Source: Cupriavidus necator (lineage in GTDB: Bacteria; Pseudomonadota; Gammaproteobacteria; Burkholderiales; Burkholderiaceae). From it: 32,000 nt of DNA. Within the stretch, counting starts at the first letter, position 1; each line of letters opens with the position of its first letter. Made by a program: the position numbers and the translations under genes. Of the stretch, positions 16,198 to 22,833 are shown one piece after another. The stretch spans positions 2,490,001 through 2,522,000 of the forward strand of contig NZ_CP066018.1 of the NCBI RefSeq assembly GCF_016127575.1, read 5' to 3'. The notes under the pieces are model-generated. The model made no database searches, was not told the DNA's origin, and saw only the letters and a list, made by a program, of their open reading frames with translations.

Positions 16198-16219
16198 GGT
16201 CCGGGCGCAAGCCCGGGCC
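16198..16219 (+). other. GC-rich GNRA-loop hairpin in the tolQ-tolR spacer
   Basis: GGTCCGGGC-GCAA-GCCCGGGCC forms 9 bp including one G-U pair, followed by GGCGTTTCC. It lies 29 nt after the tolQ stop and 22 nt before the tolR ATG. Confidence 0.5.
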
Positions 16220-16240
16220 GGCGTTTCCAGGAGTCCTGCA

Positions 16241-16684
16241 ATGGCAGCCATTCAGCGCCGTGGCGGCTCGCGCCGCCGGGCCAGCGCCGACATCAATGTC
16301 GTGCCGTACATCGACGTCATGCTCGTGCTGCTGGTCATCTTCATGGTGGCGGCGCCGATCGTGAGCCCCGCCACCGTCGACCTGCCCACCGTGGCCAACG
16401 CCACGCCGCAGCAGAAGGCGCCGCCGATCGTAGTCACCGTGCACGAGAGTGGCCAGCTGACCGCGCGCGGCAAGGACAGCGCCGGCAATGCCTTCGAGCG
16501 CAAGCTCGACAAGCAGGGCCTGCTCGACTTCGTGCACCAGCGCCAGAACGAGAATCCCGACCAGCCGGTGGTGATTGCCGCCGACCGCGCGGTCAAGTAT
16601 GAGGCGGTGCTGGACGTGATGTCGATCCTGAAAGCCGACGGCGTCAAGCGCGTCGGCCTGATGGTCAAGTCCAAGACCTCCTGA
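16241..16684 (+). CDS. tolR: Tol-Pal system protein TolR (ExbD/TolR family)
   Basis: MAAIQRRGGSRRRASADINVVPYIDVMLVLLVIFMVAAPIV. An AGGAG Shine-Dalgarno sequence lies 8 nt upstream. Confidence 0.93.
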   Translation: MAAIQRRGGSRRRASADINVVPYIDVMLVLLVIFMVAAPIVSPATVDLPTVANATPQQKAPPIVVTVHESGQLTARGKDSAGNAFERKLDKQGLLDFVHQRQNENPDQPVVIAADRAVKYEAVLDVMSILKADGVKRVGLMVKSKTS

Positions 16685-16720
16685 CGCATTGAAGCGCCTA
16701 TCTGATTGCCGTTGCGCCTG

Positions 16721-17743
16721 ATGAAGACCGTCGCCGCCTATCCCTACCAGCCGGTCAAGGAGCGGGGAACCCTGCGTTCCTTCCTGTTCGCGCTCTTCAT
16801 GCACATGCTGCTGGCTGTCGTGCTGTACTACGGCGTGCGCTTGCAGAGCAGCACCCCCGTCGGCGCCGAGGCCGAGCTGTGGGAAGAGATTCCGGCCGCC
16901 ACCGCGCCCCCGCCGCCGCCGCCGGAGCCGGTGGTGCAGCCGCGCCCGGCCCCGCCGCTGCCCGAGGTGAAGAGCAAGGTCGAGGACGACGCCGACATCG
17001 CGCTGGAACGCCAGAAGCGCCGTGCCGAGGCGGCGGCGCGTGAAGAGGCCGAGCGCAAGCAGGCGGCTGCCCGCAAGGAAGCTGAGCGCAAAGAGGCGGA
17101 ACGCAAGGAAGCCGCGCGCAAGGAAGCGGAGCAGCGCGAGGCCGAGCGCAAGGAAGCCCAGCGCAAGGACGACGCGAAGAAGAAGGCAGCGCAGCAGGAA
17201 CAGCAGCGCAAGGAACAGGCCGAGCGCAAGGAAGCAGAACGCAAGGAAGCGGACGCCAGGGCCAAGGCCCAGGCGGACGCCAAGGCCAAGGCTGACGCCG
17301 AGAACAAGGCCAAGGCCAAGGCGGATGCCGACGCCAAGGCCAAGCGCGAGGCTGCGGCCAATGCCCAGCGCAAGAGCGAGCTGGCGCGCCTGCAGGCGCT
17401 GGCCGGCGGCTCCGGCGCGGGCGGCGGCGGCGTGGGCAGTACGGCCGGCGCGGGTGCCGGCGGCGGTGGCAAGGCGTCGCCGGGCTATGCGGACCGCGTG
17501 CGCCGCCGCGTCAAGCCGAATATCGTCTTTGGCGAGGACGTGCCGGGCAACCCGACCGCGGTGGTGTCGGTGCAGCTGGCGCCGGATGGTTCGCTGCTGT
17601 CGGCGCGGCTGTCCAAGTCCAGCGGCAACTCGGGCTGGGATAATGCCGTGCTGCGCGCGGTGGAACGTTCCGACCCGCTGCCGCGTGATGAGAACGGCAA
17701 GGCGCCGGCCAGCTTCACCATTACCTTCCGTCCGAAGGACTGA
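16721..17743 (+). CDS. tolA: Tol-Pal system protein TolA
   Basis: ATG 16721 (the ORF track starts at TTG 16706). N-terminal TM segment SFLFALFMHMLLAVVLYYG, then a Pro-rich segment, a long Glu/Lys/Ala-rich helical domain and a TonB_C-like C-terminus. Located between tolR and tolB. Confidence 0.9.
   Translation: MKTVAAYPYQPVKERGTLRSFLFALFMHMLLAVVLYYGVRLQSSTPVGAEAELWEEIPAATAPPPPPPEPVVQPRPAPPLPEVKSKVEDDADIALERQKRRAEAAAREEAERKQAAARKEAERKEAERKEAARKEAEQREAERKEAQRKDDAKKKAAQQEQQRKEQAERKEAERKEADARAKAQADAKAKADAENKAKAKADADAKAKREAAANAQRKSELARLQALAGGSGAGGGGVGSTAGAGAGGGGKASPGYADRVRRRVKPNIVFGEDVPGNPTAVVSVQLAPDGSLLSARLSKSSGNSGWDNAVLRAVERSDPLPRDENGKAPASFTITFRPKD
17010..17380 (+). repeat. Low-complexity coding repeats in TolA domain II (approximate bounds)
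   Basis: Degenerate 15-nt units encode (E/K)AERK pentapeptides (EAERKQAAARKEAERKEAERKEAARKEAEQREAERKEAQRK), followed by AKA(D/Q)A repeats (AKAQADAKAKADAENKAKAKADADAKAK). Confidence 0.7.
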
Positions 17744-17951
17744 GTGGCCTGGGCGGCATGATTTGCAACATAATGCAACCTTCATCGCCGGGTCTTGGTC
17801 CCAGCGCTAGCATGACAGGTTGCCTGACGCGGCCGGCAGTGTGCGATACGCACGCAGACGGGGCATGCGCCACGCGCTGCAATGCCGCATTTGCCCGTGT
17901 TGCCGATTGCCTGCCGTGCCCGACGAAACTTGAAATCGACTGAGGAGCAGC

Positions 17952-19325
17952 ATGCGAAAGCTTTGGGCCCCCAACTGGCTGTCCGCGAGGCGGCACAACG
18001 CAACCCAACCCGAATCCCAACGCGCCATCGGCCGGCATCCGCTGGCCGGCCGCCGCGCGCTGATGGCCTGGCTGGCCGCGGCGATGACGATGGCAGCCGG
18101 CGCCGCGCACGCGCAACTCAACGTTGAGATCTCCGGGGTCGGCTCCAGCCAGATCCCGGTTGCGACCGCCAACTTCCAGGGCGAGGCCCAGGCCCCGCAG
18201 AACCTGACCGCGATCATCCGCGCCGACCTGGCGCGCAGCGGGCGCTTGCGCAATGTCGATCCGGGCGGCGCCACGGTGGCGGAATCCGCCAATGTCGACC
18301 TGGGCAGCTGGAAGTCGCGCGGCGCAGATGCCTTCGTCGCCGGCAGCGTGACCCCGGCCGCCGGCGGCAAGTATGAGGTCCGCTTCCGCCTGTACGACAC
18401 CGTCAAGGGCCAGAGCCTGGGCGGGCTGGCCTTTACCGTCAACCAGTCCCAGCTGCGCGTGACCGCGCACAAGATCGCCGACTACATCTATGAAAAGCTG
18501 CTCGGCGAGCGCGGCGTGTTTGCCACGCGCCTGTCCTACGTGTCGAAGGTCGGCGGCCGCTACCAGCTGCTGATTTCCGACTCCGATGGCCAGAACGCGC
18601 AGGTGGCGCTGACCAGCAACGAGCCGATCATCTCGCCGTCGTGGTCGCCGGACGGCGCGCGCGTGGCCTATGTTTCGTTCGAGGCCAAGAAGCCGGTGGT
18701 GTATGTGCACGACCTGGCCAGCGGCAAGCGCACCCTGGTGTCGAACCAGAAGGGCAACAACAGCGCGCCGTCGTGGTCGCCTGATGGCCGGCACCTGGCG
18801 CTGGCGCTGTCGCGAGACGGCAATACCCAGGTCTACCAGGTCAATGCCGACGGTTCCGGCATCCGCCGCCTCTCGCGCAGCAGCGCCATCGACACCGAGC
18901 CGCAGTATTCTCCGGACGGCAAGAGCATCTACTTCACCAGCGACCGCGGCGGTGCGCCGCAGGTCTACCGCATGCCCGCTTCCGGCGAGGAAGGTGGCGG
19001 TGCGCAACGTGTCACCTTCAAGGGCAGCTACAACGTCAGCCCGCGGGTTTCGCCGGACGGCAAGTACCTGGCGTACATCTCGCGCGCGGGCGGCTTCAAG
19101 CTGCAGCTGCAGGACCTGAGCAACGGCGACGTGACGTCGCTGACCGATACGGCCAACGACGAAGCGCCCAGCTTTGCCGCCAACGGCAAGTACATTCTCT
19201 ATGCCACCCGCGTGGGCGGTCGCGCGGTGCTGGCGGCGGTTTCCACTGACGGGCGTACCCGGCAGGTTCTGTCCCTCCAGTCCGGCGATGTTCGCGAGCC
19301 GTCCTGGGGTCCTTTCATGCAATAA
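17952..19325 (+). CDS. tolB: Tol-Pal system beta-propeller protein TolB
   Basis: 457 aa with a GAGGAG Shine-Dalgarno sequence 6 nt upstream. Signal-like [18 protein letters not shown]. Repeated SPxWSPDG / PxxSPDG blades ([58 protein letters not shown]). Confidence 0.95.
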   Translation: MRKLWAPNWLSARRHNATQPESQRAIGRHPLAGRRALMAWLAAAMTMAAGAAHAQLNVEISGVGSSQIPVATANFQGEAQAPQNLTAIIRADLARSGRLRNVDPGGATVAESANVDLGSWKSRGADAFVAGSVTPAAGGKYEVRFRLYDTVKGQSLGGLAFTVNQSQLRVTAHKIADYIYEKLLGERGVFATRLSYVSKVGGRYQLLISDSDGQNAQVALTSNEPIISPSWSPDGARVAYVSFEAKKPVVYVHDLASGKRTLVSNQKGNNSAPSWSPDGRHLALALSRDGNTQVYQVNADGSGIRRLSRSSAIDTEPQYSPDGKSIYFTSDRGGAPQVYRMPASGEEGGGAQRVTFKGSYNVSPRVSPDGKYLAYISRAGGFKLQLQDLSNGDVTSLTDTANDEAPSFAANGKYILYATRVGGRAVLAAVSTDGRTRQVLSLQSGDVREPSWGPFMQ

Positions 19326-19340
19326 CAGGAGTCATTCACC

Positions 19341-19847
19341 ATGCCCCAACTGATGAGCAAAACCCTTGCCGTTGCCGCACTGCTGGCCCTTGGCGCCTGC
19401 AGCTCCGGCGTCAAGCTGGACGACACCGCCAAAGCCGGTGCCGGCGCGGGCACCGGTGCCGATCCGCGCGCAGTGACCCCGGTCACGGCCGCCGATCCGC
19501 TCAACGATCCGAACAGCCCGCTGGCCAAGCGCAGCGTGTACTTCGACTTCGACAGCTACACGGTCAAGTCCGACTACCAGGGCATGCTGGGCGAGCACGC
19601 CAAGTACCTGGGCTCGAACAAGGGCCGCAAGATCCTGATCCAGGGCAACACCGACGAACGCGGCACCAGCGAGTACAACCTGGCGCTGGGCCAGAAGCGC
19701 GCCGAAGCCGTGCGCCGCTCGCTGGCTTCGATGGGCGTGCCCGACGGCCAGATGGAGGCCGTCAGCCTGGGCAAGGAAAAGCCCAAGGCCACCGGCCATG
19801 ATGAAGCCTCGTGGGCCGAAAACCGCCGCGCGGACATCAACTACTGA
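19341..19847 (+). CDS. pal: Peptidoglycan-associated lipoprotein Pal (OmpA family)
   Basis: Lipobox LALGAC. OmpA-like domain VYFDFDSYTVKSDYQGML...ILIQGNTDERGTSEYNLALGQKRAEAV. AGGAG lies 9 nt upstream of ATG 19341. Confidence 0.95.
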   Translation: MPQLMSKTLAVAALLALGACSSGVKLDDTAKAGAGAGTGADPRAVTPVTAADPLNDPNSPLAKRSVYFDFDSYTVKSDYQGMLGEHAKYLGSNKGRKILIQGNTDERGTSEYNLALGQKRAEAVRRSLASMGVPDGQMEAVSLGKEKPKATGHDEASWAENRRADINY

Positions 19848-19871
19848 TCTCTGATCTCTGGACTGCCTTTC

Positions 19872-20630
19872 ATGAAAGCACGCGTTTCCACCCTGTTGTG
19901 GCTCGCCGCCGTCGCCGGCGGCGGCATGCTGCCGCTGTCGCAGGCGCATGCCGGAGTGTTCGATGATGACGAGGCGCGCAAGGCGGTCATCAGCCTGCGC
20001 GACCAGTTCAACGGTTTCCAGGCAACCGCGACGCAGCGCATCGAGCAGAACAGCCGTACCACGCTCGACATGCAGAACCAGCTCGAGGGCCTGCGCCAGG
20101 AAGTGGCGCGGCTGCGCGGCCAGAACGAAGTGCTGCAGAACACGGTGGACACGCTGCAGAAGCAGCAGAAGGACTACTACGCCGACCTGGACGCGCGCCT
20201 GAAGAAATTCGAGCCGCAGCAGGTTACGGTCGAAGGCCGCGAAGGCCTGTCGCAGCCGGGCGAAAAGCCCGAATACGATGCCGCGCTCAAGCAGTTCCAG
20301 GCGGGCGACTTCAAGAGCGCCGGGAGTTCGTTCTCGGCTTTCGTCAAGAAGTACCCGCAGAGCCCGTACGTGCCGCTGGCGCAGTACTGGCTCGGCAACT
20401 CGCTGTATGCGCAGCGCGACTACAAGGGCTCCACCTCGGTGCTGCAGACGATGATCAATAACAACCCGACGCATCCCAAGGTGCCGGACGCGATGATCGC
20501 GGTCGCCAACAACCAGCTCGAGTCCGGCCAGAAGGCGGCCGCGCGCAAGACGCTGGAACAGGTGGTGGCCAAGTATCCGGGCACCGAAGGCGCGCAGGCG
20601 GCCAGCAACCGGCTGAAGACGTTGAAGTAA
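19872..20630 (+). CDS. ybgF: Tol-Pal system protein YbgF/CpoB (coiled coil plus TPR)
   Basis: Signal peptide [27 protein letters not shown], a coiled-coil N-domain and TPR-like [45 protein letters not shown]. It is the last gene of the tol-pal cluster. Confidence 0.9.
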   Translation: MKARVSTLLWLAAVAGGGMLPLSQAHAGVFDDDEARKAVISLRDQFNGFQATATQRIEQNSRTTLDMQNQLEGLRQEVARLRGQNEVLQNTVDTLQKQQKDYYADLDARLKKFEPQQVTVEGREGLSQPGEKPEYDAALKQFQAGDFKSAGSSFSAFVKKYPQSPYVPLAQYWLGNSLYAQRDYKGSTSVLQTMINNNPTHPKVPDAMIAVANNQLESGQKAAARKTLEQVVAKYPGTEGAQAASNRLKTLK

Positions 20631-20665
20631 CACCGGAAGCGGCCGGCTTGCCCGGTCCTGTCTGC

Positions 20666-20693
20666 AAGGCCCGCTTCGGCGGGCCTTTTTCTT
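20666..20693 (+). terminator. Rho-independent terminator of the tol-pal operon
   Basis: AAGGCCCGC-TTCG-GCGGGCC followed by TTTTTCTT, 36 nt after the ybgF stop. Confidence 0.85.
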
Positions 20694-20757
20694 GGGTCGC
20701 GCTAAAATACCCGATTCGCCTGAATCTTTTGCGCGCCGAGGCGGCGCGCTTCCCATC

Positions 20758-21441
20758 ATGACCAAACGCGCCATCGTCCTGCTGTCCGGCGGACTAGACT
20801 CCGCCACCGTACTCGCCATGGCCCGCGCCCAGGGCTTCGAGACCTATGCGCTGTCGATGCGCTATGGCCAGCGCCACTCCTCTGAGCTGGAAGCCGCCAG
20901 GCGCGTGGCGGCTGCGCTGGGCGCCACCCGCCACGAGATCATCGACCTGGACCTGCGCCGCTTCGGCGGCTCGGCGCTGACCGACGACGCGCTGGCGGTG
21001 CCGACCGACGGCGCTTCCGACGGCATCCCGGTCACCTACGTGCCGGCGCGCAACACCATCATGCTGTCGCTGGCGCTCGGCTGGGCCGAGGCCGTCGGCG
21101 GGCGCGACCTGTTCTTCGGCGCCAACGCGGTCGACTACTCCGGTTACCCGGACTGCCGCCCGGAATACGTTGCGGCCTATGAGACGCTGGCCAACCTCGC
21201 CACCAAGGCCGGGGTCGAGGGCGACCGCTTCCGCGTGCATGCGCCCATCATCGACATGACCAAGGGCGAGATCATCCGTGCCGGCATCGCGCTGGGGGTG
21301 GACTACAGCCTGACGGTGTCGTGCTACCAGGCCGACGACGACGGCCGCGCCTGCGGCGTGTGCGATTCGTGCCGCATCCGCCGGGCCGGCTTTGAAGCCG
21401 CCGGTGTGCCCGATCCCACCCGCTACCAGGCCGCTGCCTGA
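20758..21441 (+). CDS. queC: 7-cyano-7-deazaguanine synthase QueC
   Basis: Internal ATG 20758 of ORF 20692..21441. [22 protein letters not shown] shows the SGGxDS PP-loop. The C-terminal zinc cluster is [20 protein letters not shown]. Confidence 0.95.
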   Translation: MTKRAIVLLSGGLDSATVLAMARAQGFETYALSMRYGQRHSSELEAARRVAAALGATRHEIIDLDLRRFGGSALTDDALAVPTDGASDGIPVTYVPARNTIMLSLALGWAEAVGGRDLFFGANAVDYSGYPDCRPEYVAAYETLANLATKAGVEGDRFRVHAPIIDMTKGEIIRAGIALGVDYSLTVSCYQADDDGRACGVCDSCRIRRAGFEAAGVPDPTRYQAAA

Positions 21442-21467
21442 TCACAAGCCGACGTCCACGCCCCTAC

Positions 21468-22583
21468 ATGCCTGAAATCGACCTCGCCGCGCTCTCGCGC
21501 ACCGTGCTGCTGAGCACGTTCATCCTGACCTTCCTGTTTGGCGCCGTGCTGCAGCGCACGCACTTCTGCACCATGGGCGCGGTCTCTGACATCGTCAACA
21601 TGGGCGACTGGAGCCGCATGCGCATGTGGGTGCTGGCGATCGGCGTGGCCATGATCGGCACCGGCGTGCTGGCCTGGACCGGCGCGATCGACCCTACCAA
21701 GACCATCTACACCGCCAGCAAGCTGGGCTGGCTGTCGGCGCTGGCCGGCGGGCTGATGTTCGGCTTCGGCATGGTGCTGGCGTCGGGCTGCGGCAGCAAG
21801 ACGCTGGTGCGTATCGGCGCAGGCAACCTGAAGTCGCTGGTGGTCTTTGTCTTCCTGGGCCTGTCGGCCTACATGACGCTGCGCGGGTTGTTCGGCGTGG
21901 TGCGAGTGAATACCGTCGATGCGGTGGCGCTGACGCTGCCCACCACGCAAGACCTGCCGTCCTTGCTGGCGCAGGGCACGGGGCTCGCGCGCGGCGCACT
22001 GCAGCTGGGCCTGGGCCTGGCGCTGGGCGGCGTGCTGGTGCTGTGGGCGCTGGCGGGCCGCGGCTTCCGCTCGTTCGACAACCTGCTTGGCGGCATCGGC
22101 GTCGGGCTGATCATCGTGGCAATGTGGTATGTCTCGGGCCACCTCGGCTATGTAGCCGAAGACCCCAATACGCTTGAGGAACTGTTCGTCTCGACCAACA
22201 GCGGCCGCATGGAAAGCCTGAGCTTTGTCGCACCCTATGCCTACACGCTCGACTGGCTGATGATGTTCAGCGACAAGAGCAAGGTGGTGACGGTCGGCAT
22301 CGTCAGCGTGTTCGGCGTGATCGCCGGCGCGGCGGCCTATGCCCTGGCCACGCGCACGTTCCGCTGGGAAGGCTTCGGCAATGCCGAGGACGTCGCCAAC
22401 CATATGGTCGGCGGCATCCTGATGGGTGCGGGCGGCGTGACCGCGCTGGGCTGCACGGTCGGGCAGGGCCTGTCGGGTGTGTCGACCCTGGCGCTTGGCT
22501 CGTTTATCGCGCTGGCGGGTATCCTGGCCGGTGCAGTGCTGGCATTCCGCTACCAGATATGGCGTCTGGAGCGCATGGCCTGA
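21468..22583 (+). CDS. YeeE/YedE-family inner-membrane (thio)sulfate/sulfur-compound transporter
   Basis: 371 aa and polytopic. Three conserved Cys-containing half-helix motifs: THFCTMGAV, LASGCGSKTL and ALGCTVGQGLSG. Confidence 0.85.
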   Translation: MPEIDLAALSRTVLLSTFILTFLFGAVLQRTHFCTMGAVSDIVNMGDWSRMRMWVLAIGVAMIGTGVLAWTGAIDPTKTIYTASKLGWLSALAGGLMFGFGMVLASGCGSKTLVRIGAGNLKSLVVFVFLGLSAYMTLRGLFGVVRVNTVDAVALTLPTTQDLPSLLAQGTGLARGALQLGLGLALGGVLVLWALAGRGFRSFDNLLGGIGVGLIIVAMWYVSGHLGYVAEDPNTLEELFVSTNSGRMESLSFVAPYAYTLDWLMMFSDKSKVVTVGIVSVFGVIAGAAAYALATRTFRWEGFGNAEDVANHMVGGILMGAGGVTALGCTVGQGLSGVSTLALGSFIALAGILAGAVLAFRYQIWRLERMA

Positions 22584-22592
22584 GGAGCGTGC

Positions 22593-22622
22593 TTGACACA
22601 TCGAGAACCGCATCCCTATAAT
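22593..22622 (+). promoter_or_regulatory. Sigma-70 promoter for tRNA-Lys
   Basis: Perfect TTGACA (22593-22598), an 18-nt spacer and perfect TATAAT (22617-22622). The -10 ends 17 nt upstream of the tRNA 5' end. Confidence 0.7.
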
Positions 22623-22638
22623 CGCGGTTCTGTTTTTT
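22604..22638 (+). terminator. Candidate rho-independent terminator of the YeeE-family gene, overlapping the tRNA promoter
   Basis: AGAACCGC (22604-22611), a 12-nt loop and GCGGTTCT (22624-22631), followed by GTTTTTT. It lies 21 nt after the stop at 22583. The loop is large, so confidence is moderate. Confidence 0.5.
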
Positions 22639-22639
22639 C

Positions 22640-22715
22640 GGGTCGTTAGCTCAGTCGGTAGAGCAGCGGACTTTTAATCCGTTGGTCGCGTGTTCGAGTC
22701 ACGCACGACCCACCA
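22640..22715 (+). tRNA. tRNA-Lys (anticodon UUU), CCA encoded
   Basis: GGGTCGT-TA-GCTC-AGTCGGTA-GAGC-A-GCGGA-CTTTTAA-TCCGT-TGGTC-GCGTG-TTCGAGT-CACGC-ACGACCC-A-CCA. This is a 76-nt canonical cloverleaf with GTTCGAGT in the T-loop. Confidence 0.95.
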
Positions 22716-22724
22716 GTATTACGA

Positions 22725-22757
22725 AGGGCCTGTGGCGCAAGCCACAGGCCCTTTTTG
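22725..22757 (+). terminator. Rho-independent terminator after tRNA-Lys
   Basis: AGGGCCTGTGGC-GCAA-GCCACAGGCCCT followed by TTTTG. 12-bp stem with a GNRA loop. Confidence 0.85.
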
Positions 22758-22833
22758 CGTCTGGCATGCCCCGCTAACGGGGGAGGCCTTTAACTAGTTC
22801 GAGGTAGAGACTTAGGCCTGCCTGCGCAGCACA

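Noticed and set aside
17010-17380. Tandem short repeats that might suggest a CRISPR or VNTR locus
   Set aside because: They are in frame within tolA and encode the usual Glu/Lys/Ala-rich helical domain II. There is no repeat-spacer architecture.
17758-17943. 61-aa Cys-rich ORF (7 Cys) that exactly fills the 208-nt tolA-tolB spacer, plus a TGCAAC-ATAA-TGCAAC direct repeat at 17763-17778
   Set aside because: My hand count of third-position GC is about 37/61, much lower than I would expect for coding sequence in DNA this GC-rich (no third-position count was made for neighbouring genes). There is no Shine-Dalgarno sequence. A tolA-tolB spacer carrying an internal tolB-pal promoter is known from E. 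coli. It is probably non-coding, though a ribosome-profiling check would settle this.
16187-19322. Long minus-strand ORFs 16187..17785 (532 aa) and 17721..19322 (533 aa)
   Set aside because: They are antisense to tolR/tolA and tolB, whose products carry clear family signatures. The antisense products are Arg/Ala/Gly/Leu-rich with no recognisable motifs.
20731-20749. Hairpin GCGCGCC-GAGGC-GGCGCGC just upstream of queC, considered as a preQ1 riboswitch
   Set aside because: It has no A-rich tail and no conserved preQ1-I/II loop sequence. It is only a simple GC stem and is too short for a known aptamer.
19332-22613. Minus-strand ORFs 19332..20819 (495 aa) and 21423..22613 (396 aa)
   Set aside because: They are antisense to pal/ybgF/queC and to the YeeE-family gene. 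They are high-GC mirror ORFs with no domain signatures.
22640-22833. tRNA-Lys as a possible genomic-island integration site
   Set aside because: No integrase or recombinase ORF lies on either side. By eye I found no second copy of the tRNA 3' end. The flanking genes are ordinary chromosomal genes, and the tRNA has its own promoter and terminator.
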